From Methyloprofundus sp. (GTDB taxonomy: Bacteria; Pseudomonadota; Gammaproteobacteria; Methylococcales; Methylomonadaceae): a stretch of 64,000 bases of DNA. The stretch spans positions 158,719-222,718 of the forward strand of contig JACUUF010000001.1 of the NCBI GenBank assembly GCA_014859465.1. Direction: 5' to 3'. Shown piece by piece: positions 8,668-19,494 of this stretch (positions are counted from its first letter, which is position 1; each line of letters opens with the position of its first letter). The position numbers and the translations under genes are program-made. The notes below the pieces were generated by a model. It was not told the origin of the DNA, did no database searches, and was given only the letters and a program-made list of their open reading frames with translations.

Positions 8668-10008
8668 ATGTCAGATATTCAAGAAGAAGTTCAGAGCGCC
8701 AAAGAAGAAAATACATCATTTTCAAGAAAAAAGAAACTTGCAACAGGAATAGCCTTAGCTTTAGTTATTGCAGGATCGCCGTTCATTTATAGCGATTATG
8801 CACACACCGAGGCCGCCAAACTCACATCAGAGTTGGGAAGCCCCGAATTTAAGGAGCTTGCAGGTAATGAAATTCAATACAAGATTTTAAATCCAACCTA
8901 CGAGCGAAAAAACTTAGTAACCGGCCATTCAGAAATGGAACTGGTGATTAACTATCAAGGAAAGATTTTCACTTTGCCGCTTTCCAATGAAGTTTCAATC
9001 TCTGGAAAAGTGACATCACGTCTAGATACTGAAAAAATGAGCAATGAAGCTCAATCATTTATAAAAGAGACATGGGGCTCTGATCCTGATTTTCTGGTTG
9101 CTAAAAGCCTTTTTAGATCTGGAAAAATGAGAGCCAATATTGAACTGAAGGGCGCAACAATTCAGAGTGAAAAACTTAGTGATGGAAAATTTGAGTTTTC
9201 TGATGTAAAGACATACATCCAAGTTCAAAAGAAAAATGATCTTGACTACAATATTGACCTTAAAACCTCCCTGCCTAGCATTGACTGGACCGTACATGAT
9301 GAGAGCATTTCCGCTTCAGACATAAAGATGACCTACTATATCAATCAGCTTAATACGGTGAAAGGGCTAACTATTGATAGTTCAGTAGAAGCTAAAATGA
9401 AAGACTTGGAAGTTAATGGCCCGACCGGGGAATTAAAGTTAGGGTCGCCGGTTATAAAATCAGCCATGCTCAACAACCCAGAAGATGGGTTTTTCTTTGA
9501 TATAGATCTAAAAGGAAAAACCCCTGATCTTAAGAGCTTTGAGATTATTAAAGGCTTTAGCCTCAACCTGGAAACCAAGGGTAAGTATATTGAAAATTTC
9601 AACTCAGAATCATTAAATTCTGCCTTAGATGAAATGGAAAATAAGCTTGATGAAGTTAAGGTTATCAATATTTTAAAGGGCTCAAACCTTAACGTGTCCT
9701 TGGCTCTTGATACAGCCAAGAACAACAGTAAAGTCGAAGTGAGTGACGAAGTAAAATTTTCCGCCAAACTAGAGGATCGCCATTACCCTGACCTTTCAGA
9801 AGTATTTTCAGGCTTGTCTTTAAATACCAGTATTGGAATCTCATCATCTCTGTTTGAAGCGATCGGGCAATCCAATCCTCGTGCAAAAAACTTTGTCATT
9901 TCAATCGCAAATAATGCGACCAACTCATACTATAATGAGGGTACCGGTATCGTCATTAAATTAGACGAAGAAGAAATTCTGCCTATTCTTTTTAACTCAA
10001 CCATGTAA
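8668..10008 (+). CDS. Membrane-anchored exported protein, YdgA/DUF945-like
   Basis: N-terminal TM helix (LATGIALALVIAGSPF) followed by a long beta-rich region with a YER motif; the family call is tentative. Confidence 0.55.
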   Translation: MSDIQEEVQSAKEENTSFSRKKKLATGIALALVIAGSPFIYSDYAHTEAAKLTSELGSPEFKELAGNEIQYKILNPTYERKNLVTGHSEMELVINYQGKIFTLPLSNEVSISGKVTSRLDTEKMSNEAQSFIKETWGSDPDFLVAKSLFRSGKMRANIELKGATIQSEKLSDGKFEFSDVKTYIQVQKKNDLDYNIDLKTSLPSIDWTVHDESISASDIKMTYYINQLNTVKGLTIDSSVEAKMKDLEVNGPTGELKLGSPVIKSAMLNNPEDGFFFDIDLKGKTPDLKSFEIIKGFSLNLETKGKYIENFNSESLNSALDEMENKLDEVKVINILKGSNLNVSLALDTAKNNSKVEVSDEVKFSAKLEDRHYPDLSEVFSGLSLNTSIGISSSLFEAIGQSNPRAKNFVISIANNATNSYYNEGTGIVIKLDEEEILPILFNSTM

Positions 10009-10037
10009 ATAAGCAGAAAAAAACCTTAAAGCCTAAA

Positions 10038-11327
10038 TCAAGGCTTTAAGGCTTCTCTCAAATCACTAGATAGACCATCTCTGTATAGTGATAATTTCAA
10101 TCTTTCAGAAATCATTCCCGAATAATCAGTCATAAATTCTTCAAGACCTGGTGTTTCAAAGAATGCATCCCCTAATTTATTAAACATGGAGTCAATGCAT
10201 GACTTTATAAAGTCAGCGTCATTAGCTGTTATAAACTCACTCTCGCCCGATAACAAAACCCTCATATCTTGCCCTGATACAAGACCTTCATCGACAAGAA
10301 TTTGAGCCATGATAGACAGACCTTCTTGTGACTCCCTATCCTTATACCAATGTTCGTTATCGTCTAAAGAGCTGACTTCGTGGTCATACTCAAGATCATC
10401 ATATGCTTCAGAATTTCTATATTTATCCAATAGCTCGGAGGTGTCAATCCCATCAGTAAAGTTAGCCTTATTAAAGAGCCTAAAAGCTTTGTCATCTAAA
10501 AGAGCCATGAGAGCTTTACTTTCCCTTTCAGTCGCCCTGTCCATCTCAATCTCTTCAAAAACTTCATGATAAGCCGTCCATTCCAGCGTGTTGTTAAAGT
10601 AATCACTTAGCGTGTCAAAAAAAACCATAGGAGAACTAGCCCCCTCATAAGGTTTTATATCAGAAAGATTTAAGTCGATCAACAAAACAGATCCTGGGTC
10701 ATACTCCTCAGGGAAGTACTTGTCATAAAACTCCTTAGCCTTTTTGCCGTCAAAAGACATCACCTCTGCAACAAGCGAAAGCGCCGTATTGATGTCGCTT
10801 TTCTTCATATCAGTAGCGCCAATAGATAAAACTTCAGAGTTTCCGTAAACCTCAAGATACTCACTTAGGAATGAGAACTTTTCTGAGGGTGTTATAAAAA
10901 AACGCTCTTCACCCTCATAAAACTCATCATGTCTTTTAAGTAATCGCTGAGTGCCTTTACTCCAGTTTATTGCAATTTTCTCATCTTCCAGCGTAAAACA
11001 ATCCAGATTCCCGGTCGTTAAATTATAAACACTCGGCAATAATCGAAAGCGAACACCATTATTGGAAAATTCAACCACTTCTTCATGTTCAACAAGGCTA
11101 TTGAGATCATCTTTGCTCAAAGAGAATATTTCAAAGCCCCTCTTATCAATAACAGAGCCCATGACTTCCTCATTACCGGTGTAAACCTTGATATAAAACT
11201 CATAAGGCTTGCCATCGTTCTGAACAGGTGATAAAAAATGCCCATTCTTTGGCTCAAGACCTTCAATCAGGCGAACCTGGTCTTCGGTAAAATGAACCAT
11301 CCCTTTAGTTTCAATATACCTATTCAC
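10038..11327 (-). CDS. Acidic hypothetical protein, paralog of 3259..4635, carries the shared C-terminal motif
   Basis: 429-aa ORF; alignable blocks with 3259..4635. Confidence 0.8.
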   Translation of the reverse strand: MNRYIETKGMVHFTEDQVRLIEGLEPKNGHFLSPVQNDGKPYEFYIKVYTGNEEVMGSVIDKRGFEIFSLSKDDLNSLVEHEEVVEFSNNGVRFRLLPSVYNLTTGNLDCFTLEDEKIAINWSKGTQRLLKRHDEFYEGEERFFITPSEKFSFLSEYLEVYGNSEVLSIGATDMKKSDINTALSLVAEVMSFDGKKAKEFYDKYFPEEYDPGSVLLIDLNLSDIKPYEGASSPMVFFDTLSDYFNNTLEWTAYHEVFEEIEMDRATERESKALMALLDDKAFRLFNKANFTDGIDTSELLDKYRNSEAYDDLEYDHEVSSLDDNEHWYKDRESQEGLSIMAQILVDEGLVSGQDMRVLLSGESEFITANDADFIKSCIDSMFNKLGDAFFETPGLEEFMTDYSGMISERLKLSLYRDGLSSDLREALKP

Positions 11328-11386
11328 GCCCTAACCTCACTCTAATCCTATTAAATACAAAGCCACAATCCAGACTAAGCTACCAG

Positions 11387-14095
11387 CTAGCTCACTCGCA
11401 TAATGCAGTCTTCATCATCTCTTTCATCGTTCATTAAGACACCTTGTTTAAGCTCTTTACCAAACATGTTTTTCATTAGTTCAGAGTCAACAGTATCTCT
11501 ATCTACAAACAAATAAGAGTTAACCGTATCTTCTTGCCCTCTGCGATGGAACCGGTCCTCCGCTTGATCAAGATCTGAATAACTTTCTGGTATTTCAGGA
11601 AACAAGGCTATAGAGCCTGCCGTAAGTGTTATTGATGTGTTTGCAGCCTTTAAAGAGCAAACCATAAGCAGTTTGTCAGGATCGTTCTGAAAATCATCAA
11701 CCGTCTTCTGGCGCCCAACTGATGACGTATCACTACTAAGGATGTGAAGAGGTTTATATTCTTTTAAATCTTCCATCAGCAAAGCCTGAGAGTTTTTATG
11801 GGTTGCAAATAAAACAACCTTATTACCCGTCTCAAGGATGTTTTTTGCAAACTCAGCCACCTGTTTGATCTTACCTTCTCCGGCCAATTGCTTAAGTTGT
11901 GATCTAAGAACGACCGCTTTTGATTTCGACTCTTTGCCATTTTCATCAACAAAGCTTTTCATGTACCTTGCCATGTATTCCGAAATGAAAGCTTTCTTCT
12001 CATCCTTTTTCTTTAGAGATTTATACATTCTGTTGAATGTCTCATCTTCTCTAATTAATTCTTCTACGGCTGAAATATAGTTTTTCTCAACCGCGCTATA
12101 GACCTTACGATTATCAATCTTAACGTCAATCTCTTGGCGAACCTTTGGCGGCATCTCATGCATTACATCTTCTTTCATTCGCCTAACCATGACATGAGCA
12201 CGAAGCATTTCACCCAGTTCATCAAGATTAGTGGCACCGTTATAATCAAATATTTTTCTTTGCCCCATCTTCATCATCTGAGGATCACAATAACGTGCAA
12301 TGTAAGAATCACGGCCACCAAAAACACTATCCATAACACCTAGAGCCTCAAGCTGAGGAATCAACTCCTTAGGTTTTGATATCATGGGGGTGCCTGATAG
12401 AAGTATTTTTAGCTCAGCTTCTTTCGTCAGAAATGAAGCCGCAATCGTTCGCTTGGAAGCCTCCTCCTTAATGCAGTGAGACTCATCATTAACAACCCCT
12501 TTAAACTTCTTGTTTTTCAGCTTTTCAAAGACTTCATCTCGAGACAATAGATCATAATTAACAATTACAATGTCAACATCATCCGGAATCTCATCTTTTG
12601 TACTCTCGATAACGTAAACTTTTTTATCCTCAAGCCAACCTTCTGCATAATCATTACCAACTATCTCTTTAGCCCAGTTATGTTTAGATACCGCCAAACA
12701 ATTGATTAAAGCAGGATAAGCCTTCTTATCTTCAATTAGACTTATTGCCTCCAATGTTTTTCCAACGCCCTGATCATCCGCTATCAATATTGCATTACGA
12801 TCTTCACAATACTTAAGGGGAATTAACTGATAATTCGAAAGCTCACCAGCGGCTTTATTTAAAGAAGGAATTGAAACGGTATCAGGGTCAATCTTAATTG
12901 CATAGCTTAGCTTTATCCTTTCATTCTCATGCTCTTCAGTAATCTTTCTTTCCCTGTAAAGATCTCGCAAAACTTTAACGCTATCCTCATTTAGTCCATA
13001 GCCCTTCATTAGAATAGCCATTTTCTTCAACGATTTTAATGTGAAAGAGTTGATGTGAGCCTTCAGAGAAACCGTTTCTTCATCCAGCTCAATAAGCCTC
13101 ATGGAATAGGCATCAAGCACCTCCCTAAGCTTTAAAACCCCAATATCTCCATGAGGGTAAGATATGCTTAAAGAATTTTGATTAAGCTCAATATTGATCC
13201 TTTCAAAGAAAGAAGCCAGGGCTGAAGGAATATTGTCAACTAGTTGAGACTTCTCAAAGAAAAGAGGTTCAACATAAAAATCAAAACGATCCACTATAAG
13301 TTCAATATCAGAACGACTCACTCTAGCCGGAATAACGCTCCAGTAAGGCACACCTTCTTCTGGATTGTTAAACTTGGAAAACGGCAATCTTTTTACCGTT
13401 TCAAGAACTTTTTCATGGTAAGGAAAGTAAAAGTGAATCAAGCCAGAAGAAGGGTCTAAAAGGATGCGTTTATCCTTTTTGCCAACCATATTCAATCCTT
13501 CCCTTGTTTGCTCAAACCCAAACCCTTCATGAGGTGTAATAGACAAGGCATCAATTACCGGATTATCCGCCTCAACAATAGCCGTCATATCCTTAAGAAG
13601 CCTTGAAGTTTTAGGCGTAATCTTTACTTCAAAAATAGGCAGTGATGAATAGACATGATTAAAGGAGTTTGTCTTGCTAGCCAGCCTTTCAAGAAGTCTT
13701 GATGCAATCCTTTCAATATTTTTTGATTGTTTTCTAATTGAAATAATGGCAAAACCAGGCTTGACTCCAAGTCTCATAGTGTTGCCATATTCAGAGGTTG
13801 TAGCAAGGTCGTAAGGAACAAACCAGTCCGAAAAATAATCCGGAAGAGCGTCATTTGAGCTATCAATAAAAAAATCAACTAACTCGCTATTTATCTCAAG
13901 ATGCTCAGCGTAACGAGCAATTAAAGCTGAAGCTGCCCCATGTTGGGCACCACTCCATGCCCCTTGCAAAGATAGCGTCACCAAGGGGCCAAAATCATCA
14001 GCCCTTACTTTCAGTATCTCTTTGTCACTTAAATCTAAAACTTTTTCGATTTCGGCTCTTAAAAGATTTGAAATTTTATCCTTGTCGTAATTCAT
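11387..14095 (-). CDS. SNF2-family helicase/translocase (SMARCAL1/HARP-like)
   Basis: LIADDQGVGKT, DESH, LLSGTP, VRRMK and QAEDRFHRRGQ motifs. Confidence 0.92.
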   Translation of the reverse strand: MNYDKDKISNLLRAEIEKVLDLSDKEILKVRADDFGPLVTLSLQGAWSGAQHGAASALIARYAEHLEINSELVDFFIDSSNDALPDYFSDWFVPYDLATTSEYGNTMRLGVKPGFAIISIRKQSKNIERIASRLLERLASKTNSFNHVYSSLPIFEVKITPKTSRLLKDMTAIVEADNPVIDALSITPHEGFGFEQTREGLNMVGKKDKRILLDPSSGLIHFYFPYHEKVLETVKRLPFSKFNNPEEGVPYWSVIPARVSRSDIELIVDRFDFYVEPLFFEKSQLVDNIPSALASFFERINIELNQNSLSISYPHGDIGVLKLREVLDAYSMRLIELDEETVSLKAHINSFTLKSLKKMAILMKGYGLNEDSVKVLRDLYRERKITEEHENERIKLSYAIKIDPDTVSIPSLNKAAGELSNYQLIPLKYCEDRNAILIADDQGVGKTLEAISLIEDKKAYPALINCLAVSKHNWAKEIVGNDYAEGWLEDKKVYVIESTKDEIPDDVDIVIVNYDLLSRDEVFEKLKNKKFKGVVNDESHCIKEEASKRTIAASFLTKEAELKILLSGTPMISKPKELIPQLEALGVMDSVFGGRDSYIARYCDPQMMKMGQRKIFDYNGATNLDELGEMLRAHVMVRRMKEDVMHEMPPKVRQEIDVKIDNRKVYSAVEKNYISAVEELIREDETFNRMYKSLKKKDEKKAFISEYMARYMKSFVDENGKESKSKAVVLRSQLKQLAGEGKIKQVAEFAKNILETGNKVVLFATHKNSQALLMEDLKEYKPLHILSSDTSSVGRQKTVDDFQNDPDKLLMVCSLKAANTSITLTAGSIALFPEIPESYSDLDQAEDRFHRRGQEDTVNSYLFVDRDTVDSELMKNMFGKELKQGVLMNDERDDEDCIMRVS

Positions 14096-14408
14096 GAGTT
14101 CGCCCTATATAAGCCATTTACTTTCAATGCTGTACATTATACAGTAGCGTGACTCGCTTATAAGCTGAATAAATCAAAAAAAATACACACATTTCCTGTA
14201 TAAAAACCTGTTGATAACTATAGTATTAACTTAATTATCAAAGACATGTGAGAATGCTTAACATTCAGGCAAAGACCAAGTCAATCCTTAGGCGGGCCTA
14301 AGAAAATAATTCTTATAAAAAACAATAAAATATCTTTATAAAGTCAGCAACCACATGATATTATGTATAACGTACAACAACACTAAAATAACTACAGGAG
14401 ATGCCTAG

Positions 14409-15002
14409 ATGGAGATTTATATTGCGATTGGATTTTTTGTTTTGCTGGTTATTTATTCAATAGCTGTCTATAACAAATTAGTCAGACTTAAGACTTATTT
14501 TGAAAACAGCTTCCAGCAAATTGACGTTCATCTAAAGTTAAGGCTTGACTTAATCCCAAAGCTAATTAGCTCAGCGAAAGCTTATATGACTCATGAAGCT
14601 GAAACCTTTCAAAAAGTCACCGAAGCCCGATCCGGATTGGAATCCGCTCAAAAAGCAGCGGCACTAAAGCCCGGTGATACGACGGCCATTAAAGCTTTAG
14701 CAGGCGCAGAAGCGGTTTTTGGTGAAGCGATGAATGGATTCAATCTAAGAGTTGAGGCTTACCCTGAGCTTAAAGCTGATCAAAATATGCGACAGTTGAG
14801 CGAGGAAATGACAACAGTTGAAAACAAGATTGCTTATGCAAGACAGGCTTATAACGACAGTATTCAGCAATTTAACGAATACAAGAAAACCTTTCCCCCG
14901 ATTATCTTTGCGTCCATTCTAGGGTTTTCAGAAGATGCCCAATCTCTTGTGTACGAAGAAGATCGTTCTACCTTGATGAAGGGGCCAGAAGTTAGCTTCT
15001 AG
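14409..15002 (+). CDS. lemA: LemA family protein
   Basis: N-terminal TM; YNKLV, IDVHLKLRLDLIP, EAYPELKAD, ENKIAYARQAYN, FPP. Confidence 0.95.
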   Translation: MEIYIAIGFFVLLVIYSIAVYNKLVRLKTYFENSFQQIDVHLKLRLDLIPKLISSAKAYMTHEAETFQKVTEARSGLESAQKAAALKPGDTTAIKALAGAEAVFGEAMNGFNLRVEAYPELKADQNMRQLSEEMTTVENKIAYARQAYNDSIQQFNEYKKTFPPIIFASILGFSEDAQSLVYEEDRSTLMKGPEVSF

Positions 15003-15010
15003 GCAGTATC

Positions 15011-15038
15011 AAAAAGAGGTCTAAAAGCCTCTTTTTTT
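15011..15038 (+). terminator. Hairpin/terminator between lemA and htpX
   Basis: AAAAAGAGG-TCTAAAAG-CCTCTTTTTTT. Confidence 0.6.
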
Positions 15039-15064
15039 ATATTAATTTTTATTTTGAGAAATAT

Positions 15065-16078
15065 ATGAATTTCAGGGAACATCAAGACAAAGCTAGAAAT
15101 AATACATTTAAGCTTGTATCAATATTTATTGCACTAACGATTCTTTCAACCGTATTCTTAGGTTTTATTATCTACACAAGCCTTTCATTCTTAGATTATC
15201 AAAACTACACACATTTAAAAGGGATAAATTTCTGGATATTCGCATCAAGCGAAATTAATATTCAAGACTTCGGATTAACAAGCCTCATTGCATCGAGTCT
15301 AATTATCCCGCCACTCGTCTTAATAGGTACGGCTTACGGATTTTTCAAAACATCTAATGGGCGAAATGTCGCCCTAGCCTTCGATGGTGAGGAGCTATCT
15401 TTAGGTAGCGATTTATCGGACAAGGAAAGACAACTGCTAAACATTGTCAATGAAATGAGTGTTGCATCCGGCCAACCTATGCCTGGTGTATTCCTAATAC
15501 CTGATCATGCCATTAATGCTTTTGCAGCCGGCAAAAAACCAAGTGATGCCGTTATTGCGGTCACAAGTGGCGCATTGGACGCCTTTAATCGTGAAGAGAT
15601 GTCAGCAGTCGTCGCCCACGAAATGGCGCATATCACAAACCAGGATATAAAATTAAGCATGAGAGTCGCCGCGCTTATATTTGGCTTTTTTATGCTTATC
15701 TTTGCCGCTAAATGGTTGTGGTATTTTTCAGTCTATTCAAGCGGCTCAGACAGTCGAGCAAGATGGGGAGCTCTTGGTCTTGCCGCAGTCCTTGCTTTAA
15801 TTGGCTGGATATTGAGTATCTTCGGAAAACTGCTTAAGCTTGCTATTTCCAGACAGAGAGAGTACCTGGCTGATGCAAGCGCGGTTCAATTTACAAGAAA
15901 TCCAACCGGTCTTATTAGCGCATTGGAAAAAATAAAAAATGGTCATAACTCAACTAAGATCATCAGCTCCGCATCCGATGAATTTTCTCATGCCTTTATT
16001 TTTGGACAAAAAGGAAAGACTTTATTCTCTACTCATCCACCTCTTGAAGATAGGATTGAAAGACTGAGGGGGCGTTGA
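15065..16078 (+). CDS. htpX: M48 family zinc metalloprotease (HtpX-like)
   Basis: INAFAAG, AHEMAH, SRQREYLADA, FSTHPP; TM helices; located after lemA. Confidence 0.92.
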   Translation: MNFREHQDKARNNTFKLVSIFIALTILSTVFLGFIIYTSLSFLDYQNYTHLKGINFWIFASSEINIQDFGLTSLIASSLIIPPLVLIGTAYGFFKTSNGRNVALAFDGEELSLGSDLSDKERQLLNIVNEMSVASGQPMPGVFLIPDHAINAFAAGKKPSDAVIAVTSGALDAFNREEMSAVVAHEMAHITNQDIKLSMRVAALIFGFFMLIFAAKWLWYFSVYSSGSDSRARWGALGLAAVLALIGWILSIFGKLLKLAISRQREYLADASAVQFTRNPTGLISALEKIKNGHNSTKIISSASDEFSHAFIFGQKGKTLFSTHPPLEDRIERLRGR

Positions 16079-16106
16079 CATCCTCCCGCCCTGAAAGGCG
16101 GGAAGA
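16075..16106 (-). mobile_element. Isolated IS200/IS605-type right end (remnant)
   Basis: Minus strand reads TCTTCCCGCCTTTCAGGGCGGGAGGATGTCAA. The hairpin resembles the one at 942-981 and ends in TCAA. Confidence 0.6.
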
Positions 16107-16116
16107 ATTTTATCTC

Positions 16117-16603
16117 TTAACTCCCAAACGTAGACATCCATTCACTTTCATGAACATGCTTGTGCGAATAAGGCCCATTACCTTGCGAAGCGTCCAGCTT
16201 TATCTCCGCCACTGCGCTCATAAGGGCATTATATTCTTTAGCAGGCAAGGCTCCAAACTCTTTTGCATAAAACGCTTGTCCATCAACTGTCACCGAGTAA
16301 GGCGCCCCAATGACATTAACCGAACCATAGTCGTAATCATTCATCATGACATCTAGCTTGAAATCAAATCTAGCTTGTTTAACTTCGCTTGTTATGCGGG
16401 TCAATTGGCAGAATTTCATGCACCTTATATCCATGCAGTATATTGACCTCAGCTTTGCTCGCATCAACCACAGGAGTTGTCACGTTATTATCGAGAGTTA
16501 GCGCGTTATTGCCAGATGCAAACCCGGTATTTGACAGGGCACGCTTAAATATACCAATAAGACTTAGTGGTGATTCTTGTTTGTCCTGCTTACCATTGCT
16601 CAT
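16117..16603 (-). pseudogene. Probable frameshifted hypothetical gene
   Basis: RBS-supported ATG at 16603 (MSNGKQDK...). Its frame stops at 16379 while an overlapping frame continues to 16117. Confidence 0.45.
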
Positions 16604-16779
16604 ACCTATTCCTCTTTCATGTTTGACATGTCTTGAAAATCCAATCTCTTTATCGTCAATTTGGCTTGCGACAGCCATGTTTGAATATCGCTCAAATTGT
16701 TCGGTATTCAAGAAAAGGTAAAAATTTTGCCTCTCAATATAAACCTTGCAATTATCAGCCCCATCAATAAACACACCAT

Positions 16780-17056
16780 TACTGCTTTAGACCAAAGGGC
16801 GCCAAGCCTTCCTGAAGCTCCATGATCTTCGCCTCAATAAGTTGATAACCCCTTCCACGGCCAATAAGGATTTAACGCTATTAACACTGCCTTTAACCGC
16901 ATAAAGCATGAGAGCAGTCCTGTTCCACTTATCTTTCGCATTCACGTTTGCCCCGCCGCAAATCAGACCTAACGCCTTTTTTGAAATATTTTCTGTCCAG
17001 CTGTTGGCAGGCATTAACCTAATTAACTCTTGGGTTTTCTCTTTACTTGATTCCAT
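16780..17056 (-). pseudogene. Truncated/frameshifted ankyrin-repeat gene
   Basis: GANVNAKDKWNRTALM ankyrin repeat. A shifted frame gives LIEAKIMELQ, matching the tails of the paralogs at 46928-48221. Confidence 0.7.
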
Positions 17057-17204
17057 TTTTTAAATTCAGCTTTATAACTATTGATACACAATATTTTACC
17101 ATACGATCCATATAATCCAGGCTGAATCGAAAAACCCCTTCTTTTTTAAAAAGAAAGGGTTTCAGTGACACAAAAAACCGAATAGATCGAGCTAGTTATT
17201 CTAT

Positions 17205-17606
17205 CTATTCGCTCATACCGTCAATTAGAGGTAAATCCTTACCTTTGTTCTTCTTAAGATATTCATCAACCCACTTAGGGTTACGACCTCTTCCAGACCA
17301 AGTCTGAGATGGATCAGCAGGATTATAATACTTTTGTTTTGCCTTTCTTACTGGCGACCCGCTTGACTGGAAGCTCTTAGAAAAAGCTCTCTGAAGCGCT
17401 TCAATAACCATTGCTGGTGTATTATTAGTCTCATTGGCAACCGTTATAATCTTAGCTTTTAAATCTTTAATCTCTTCTGATCGAGCATTAAGTTTAACCT
17501 GCTGCATTTCTTCGAGCTTTTTAGCTTCTCGCTGAAGCCTTCTTATTTCTCGATTCGTTTCTCTTAGCTTTTGTTCCGCTGTTAAAATACCCATTTTCTT
17601 CTCCAT
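17205..17606 (-). CDS. hns: H-NS family nucleoid protein
   Basis: N-terminal coiled coil; KYYNPADPSQTWSGRGRNPKW DNA-binding motif. Confidence 0.92.
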   Translation of the reverse strand: MEKKMGILTAEQKLRETNREIRRLQREAKKLEEMQQVKLNARSEEIKDLKAKIITVANETNNTPAMVIEALQRAFSKSFQSSGSPVRKAKQKYYNPADPSQTWSGRGRNPKWVDEYLKKNKGKDLPLIDGMSE

Positions 17607-17712
17607 AATTTATAAAATAATCAAGGTAACAAAAACAATAATATCTGACTAAGACTAAACAATCAACCTTAACTTAAATTTACAAAAAAAACGATAATGA
17701 AAGTCAAGAATA

Positions 17713-18057
17713 TTAATATTTATGATTCTTACCCTCCTCCTCTGAGTCTTCTTGAAGGGTTTTATCTTTGCTTAACCTTGACTTGCTAGCTCTTTCCTCT
17801 ATAAATCCCTTTACCTTTTCTTTCATATTTTCAATCTGAGTCAATCCTTTGTTTTTTGCGATACTTAATTTCTCACGATTATCTTCTGTATCAAAGCTTT
17901 TAACTCTATCATTTAAATCGTTAGCTACACCTGAAATCTTTTTTAAAGCGCTACCGAATTCATCACTTTTCATGATGGAATCCGCTTTATCTCTTAGTGC
18001 ACCAAATAATGAAGATTTGACTTTATTATCATTACTTTCATTTAAATTATCACTCAT
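17713..18057 (-). CDS. Hypothetical helical protein
   Basis: 114-aa ORF with TAAGGT RBS. Confidence 0.6.
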   Translation of the reverse strand: MSDNLNESNDNKVKSSLFGALRDKADSIMKSDEFGSALKKISGVANDLNDRVKSFDTEDNREKLSIAKNKGLTQIENMKEKVKGFIEERASKSRLSKDKTLQEDSEEEGKNHKY

Positions 18058-18349
18058 GGCAGACGTACCTTATTTTATAATGAATTACATATAATACTAG
18101 ATATGATTATATACCGAAGAAATTAAAAGGTAAATTAATGAATCCTTTTTCAATAATTTATTAAGATCTATTGATAACCAATAGTTATGAAATCATGCAG
18201 AGGAAAGGCTGATACTAGTGTATAAAACCTCTTCTTATAGCTAAATCCTTGCCAACCCTCCCCCAAGAACTTTTTATATCATGAATAATGAATAGCTATG
18301 CAGTTGTGTTAAAATAATTCTACGATGTATATCATATAAGGCATAGCAA

Positions 18350-19468
18350 ATGAGCACTAAATTATTCCTAGAATTTGAAAGGGATTCAGAAATTCTTTCA
18401 AAGAAAAGGCGACCAAACGATTTGTTTAACATTCATAGAAACCTTAGTTCAAACGTAGAAAAAAACACTAAGAGAATCAAGGAAACTGAAAGCAAAGTCC
18501 ATCTAACTGGCCGAACTCTTTTTAGTGAAAACCTCAACCTCCAAGATGATAGAAAGCGAGGTTCTTATGTTGGCCGAACTCTATCAATGCAAAAAATGAG
18601 ATACAGCCCTGGAAGCTACAAATTCTTTTCGACTGGATACTTTATCAAGAAAAACCTAGTGGCCACTGAATTGAATGAAATGCACGTCCAATTCAAGCCA
18701 CATGTATTTGAGCGCTTTATCGAAAGATCATTTGCTCAGACAGAAAATGAAATCATTGAAATGGCCAAGCAAAGCATTGTAATGACTGCAATTATGAACG
18801 CCGTATTTGACCTTTGCGAAAATGACTTCAAAAATCAAGACATACTCATTCCAACAAAAGATGGATTAATTATGGGGGATGGCGGGTACTTTAGCGCCGT
18901 CATAAGGGGTGATAAGCTGATAGATGATGCCAGAATTTTCGGAATCTCAGCAAAAGAATCTAGAGGCATGGCTTACATGGAGGTCGTTCCTCCTGTGGCT
19001 GATATTGCCATTACAGCGAGAACCTACATCCATAAGGACGACTTCAAGGGTGGTCAAAAAGAGTGGTATGAAAGTCTTGTAAAGGTATTATTAAGTGACT
19101 TTGAGATCATGAAGGAACTTCGTCAATTTGCTTTTGATAACTATCTATTCAGCCCACTTAAAACAACAGCAGAGGATGCCTTAAACCTCATAGGAACTCA
19201 AGCCTATCCAGAATACATGCGGTCCAAGCTTAGTCAGGAAGCTATTGATTTTGCAGGAAAAATACTAGAAGTGTATGAATCAAAACCTGAAAACAGAGCT
19301 GCTTTAAGAAGGCAGGCCATTATAAAAGAAGAGCAGGATGCTCAATTTATTGAAATGAAAGAGAAGATTTATAAAAGTGAAATAAACTCTATACCAAGCA
19401 TGCTTAAGCGAAAAAGAGAGTCAAACCAAGTCAGAACAATAAGCGGTCAAATGCTTGGAAACTTCTAA
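18350..19468 (+). CDS. Hypothetical protein
   Basis: 372-aa ORF containing HVFERFIER. Confidence 0.75.
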   Translation: MSTKLFLEFERDSEILSKKRRPNDLFNIHRNLSSNVEKNTKRIKETESKVHLTGRTLFSENLNLQDDRKRGSYVGRTLSMQKMRYSPGSYKFFSTGYFIKKNLVATELNEMHVQFKPHVFERFIERSFAQTENEIIEMAKQSIVMTAIMNAVFDLCENDFKNQDILIPTKDGLIMGDGGYFSAVIRGDKLIDDARIFGISAKESRGMAYMEVVPPVADIAITARTYIHKDDFKGGQKEWYESLVKVLLSDFEIMKELRQFAFDNYLFSPLKTTAEDALNLIGTQAYPEYMRSKLSQEAIDFAGKILEVYESKPENRAALRRQAIIKEEQDAQFIEMKEKIYKSEINSIPSMLKRKRESNQVRTISGQMLGNF

Positions 19469-19494
19469 AGCATTACTTAAAAGGCTAGCTTGGC

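Noticed and set aside
16075-16356. 93-aa ORF after htpX
   Set aside because: Starts inside the IS-end hairpin and is antisense to another ORF.
17130-17163. AT-rich palindrome as left end of an IS605 derivative paired with 16075
   Set aside because: No similarity to the CGCCCTGAA hairpin; more simply a terminator downstream of hns.
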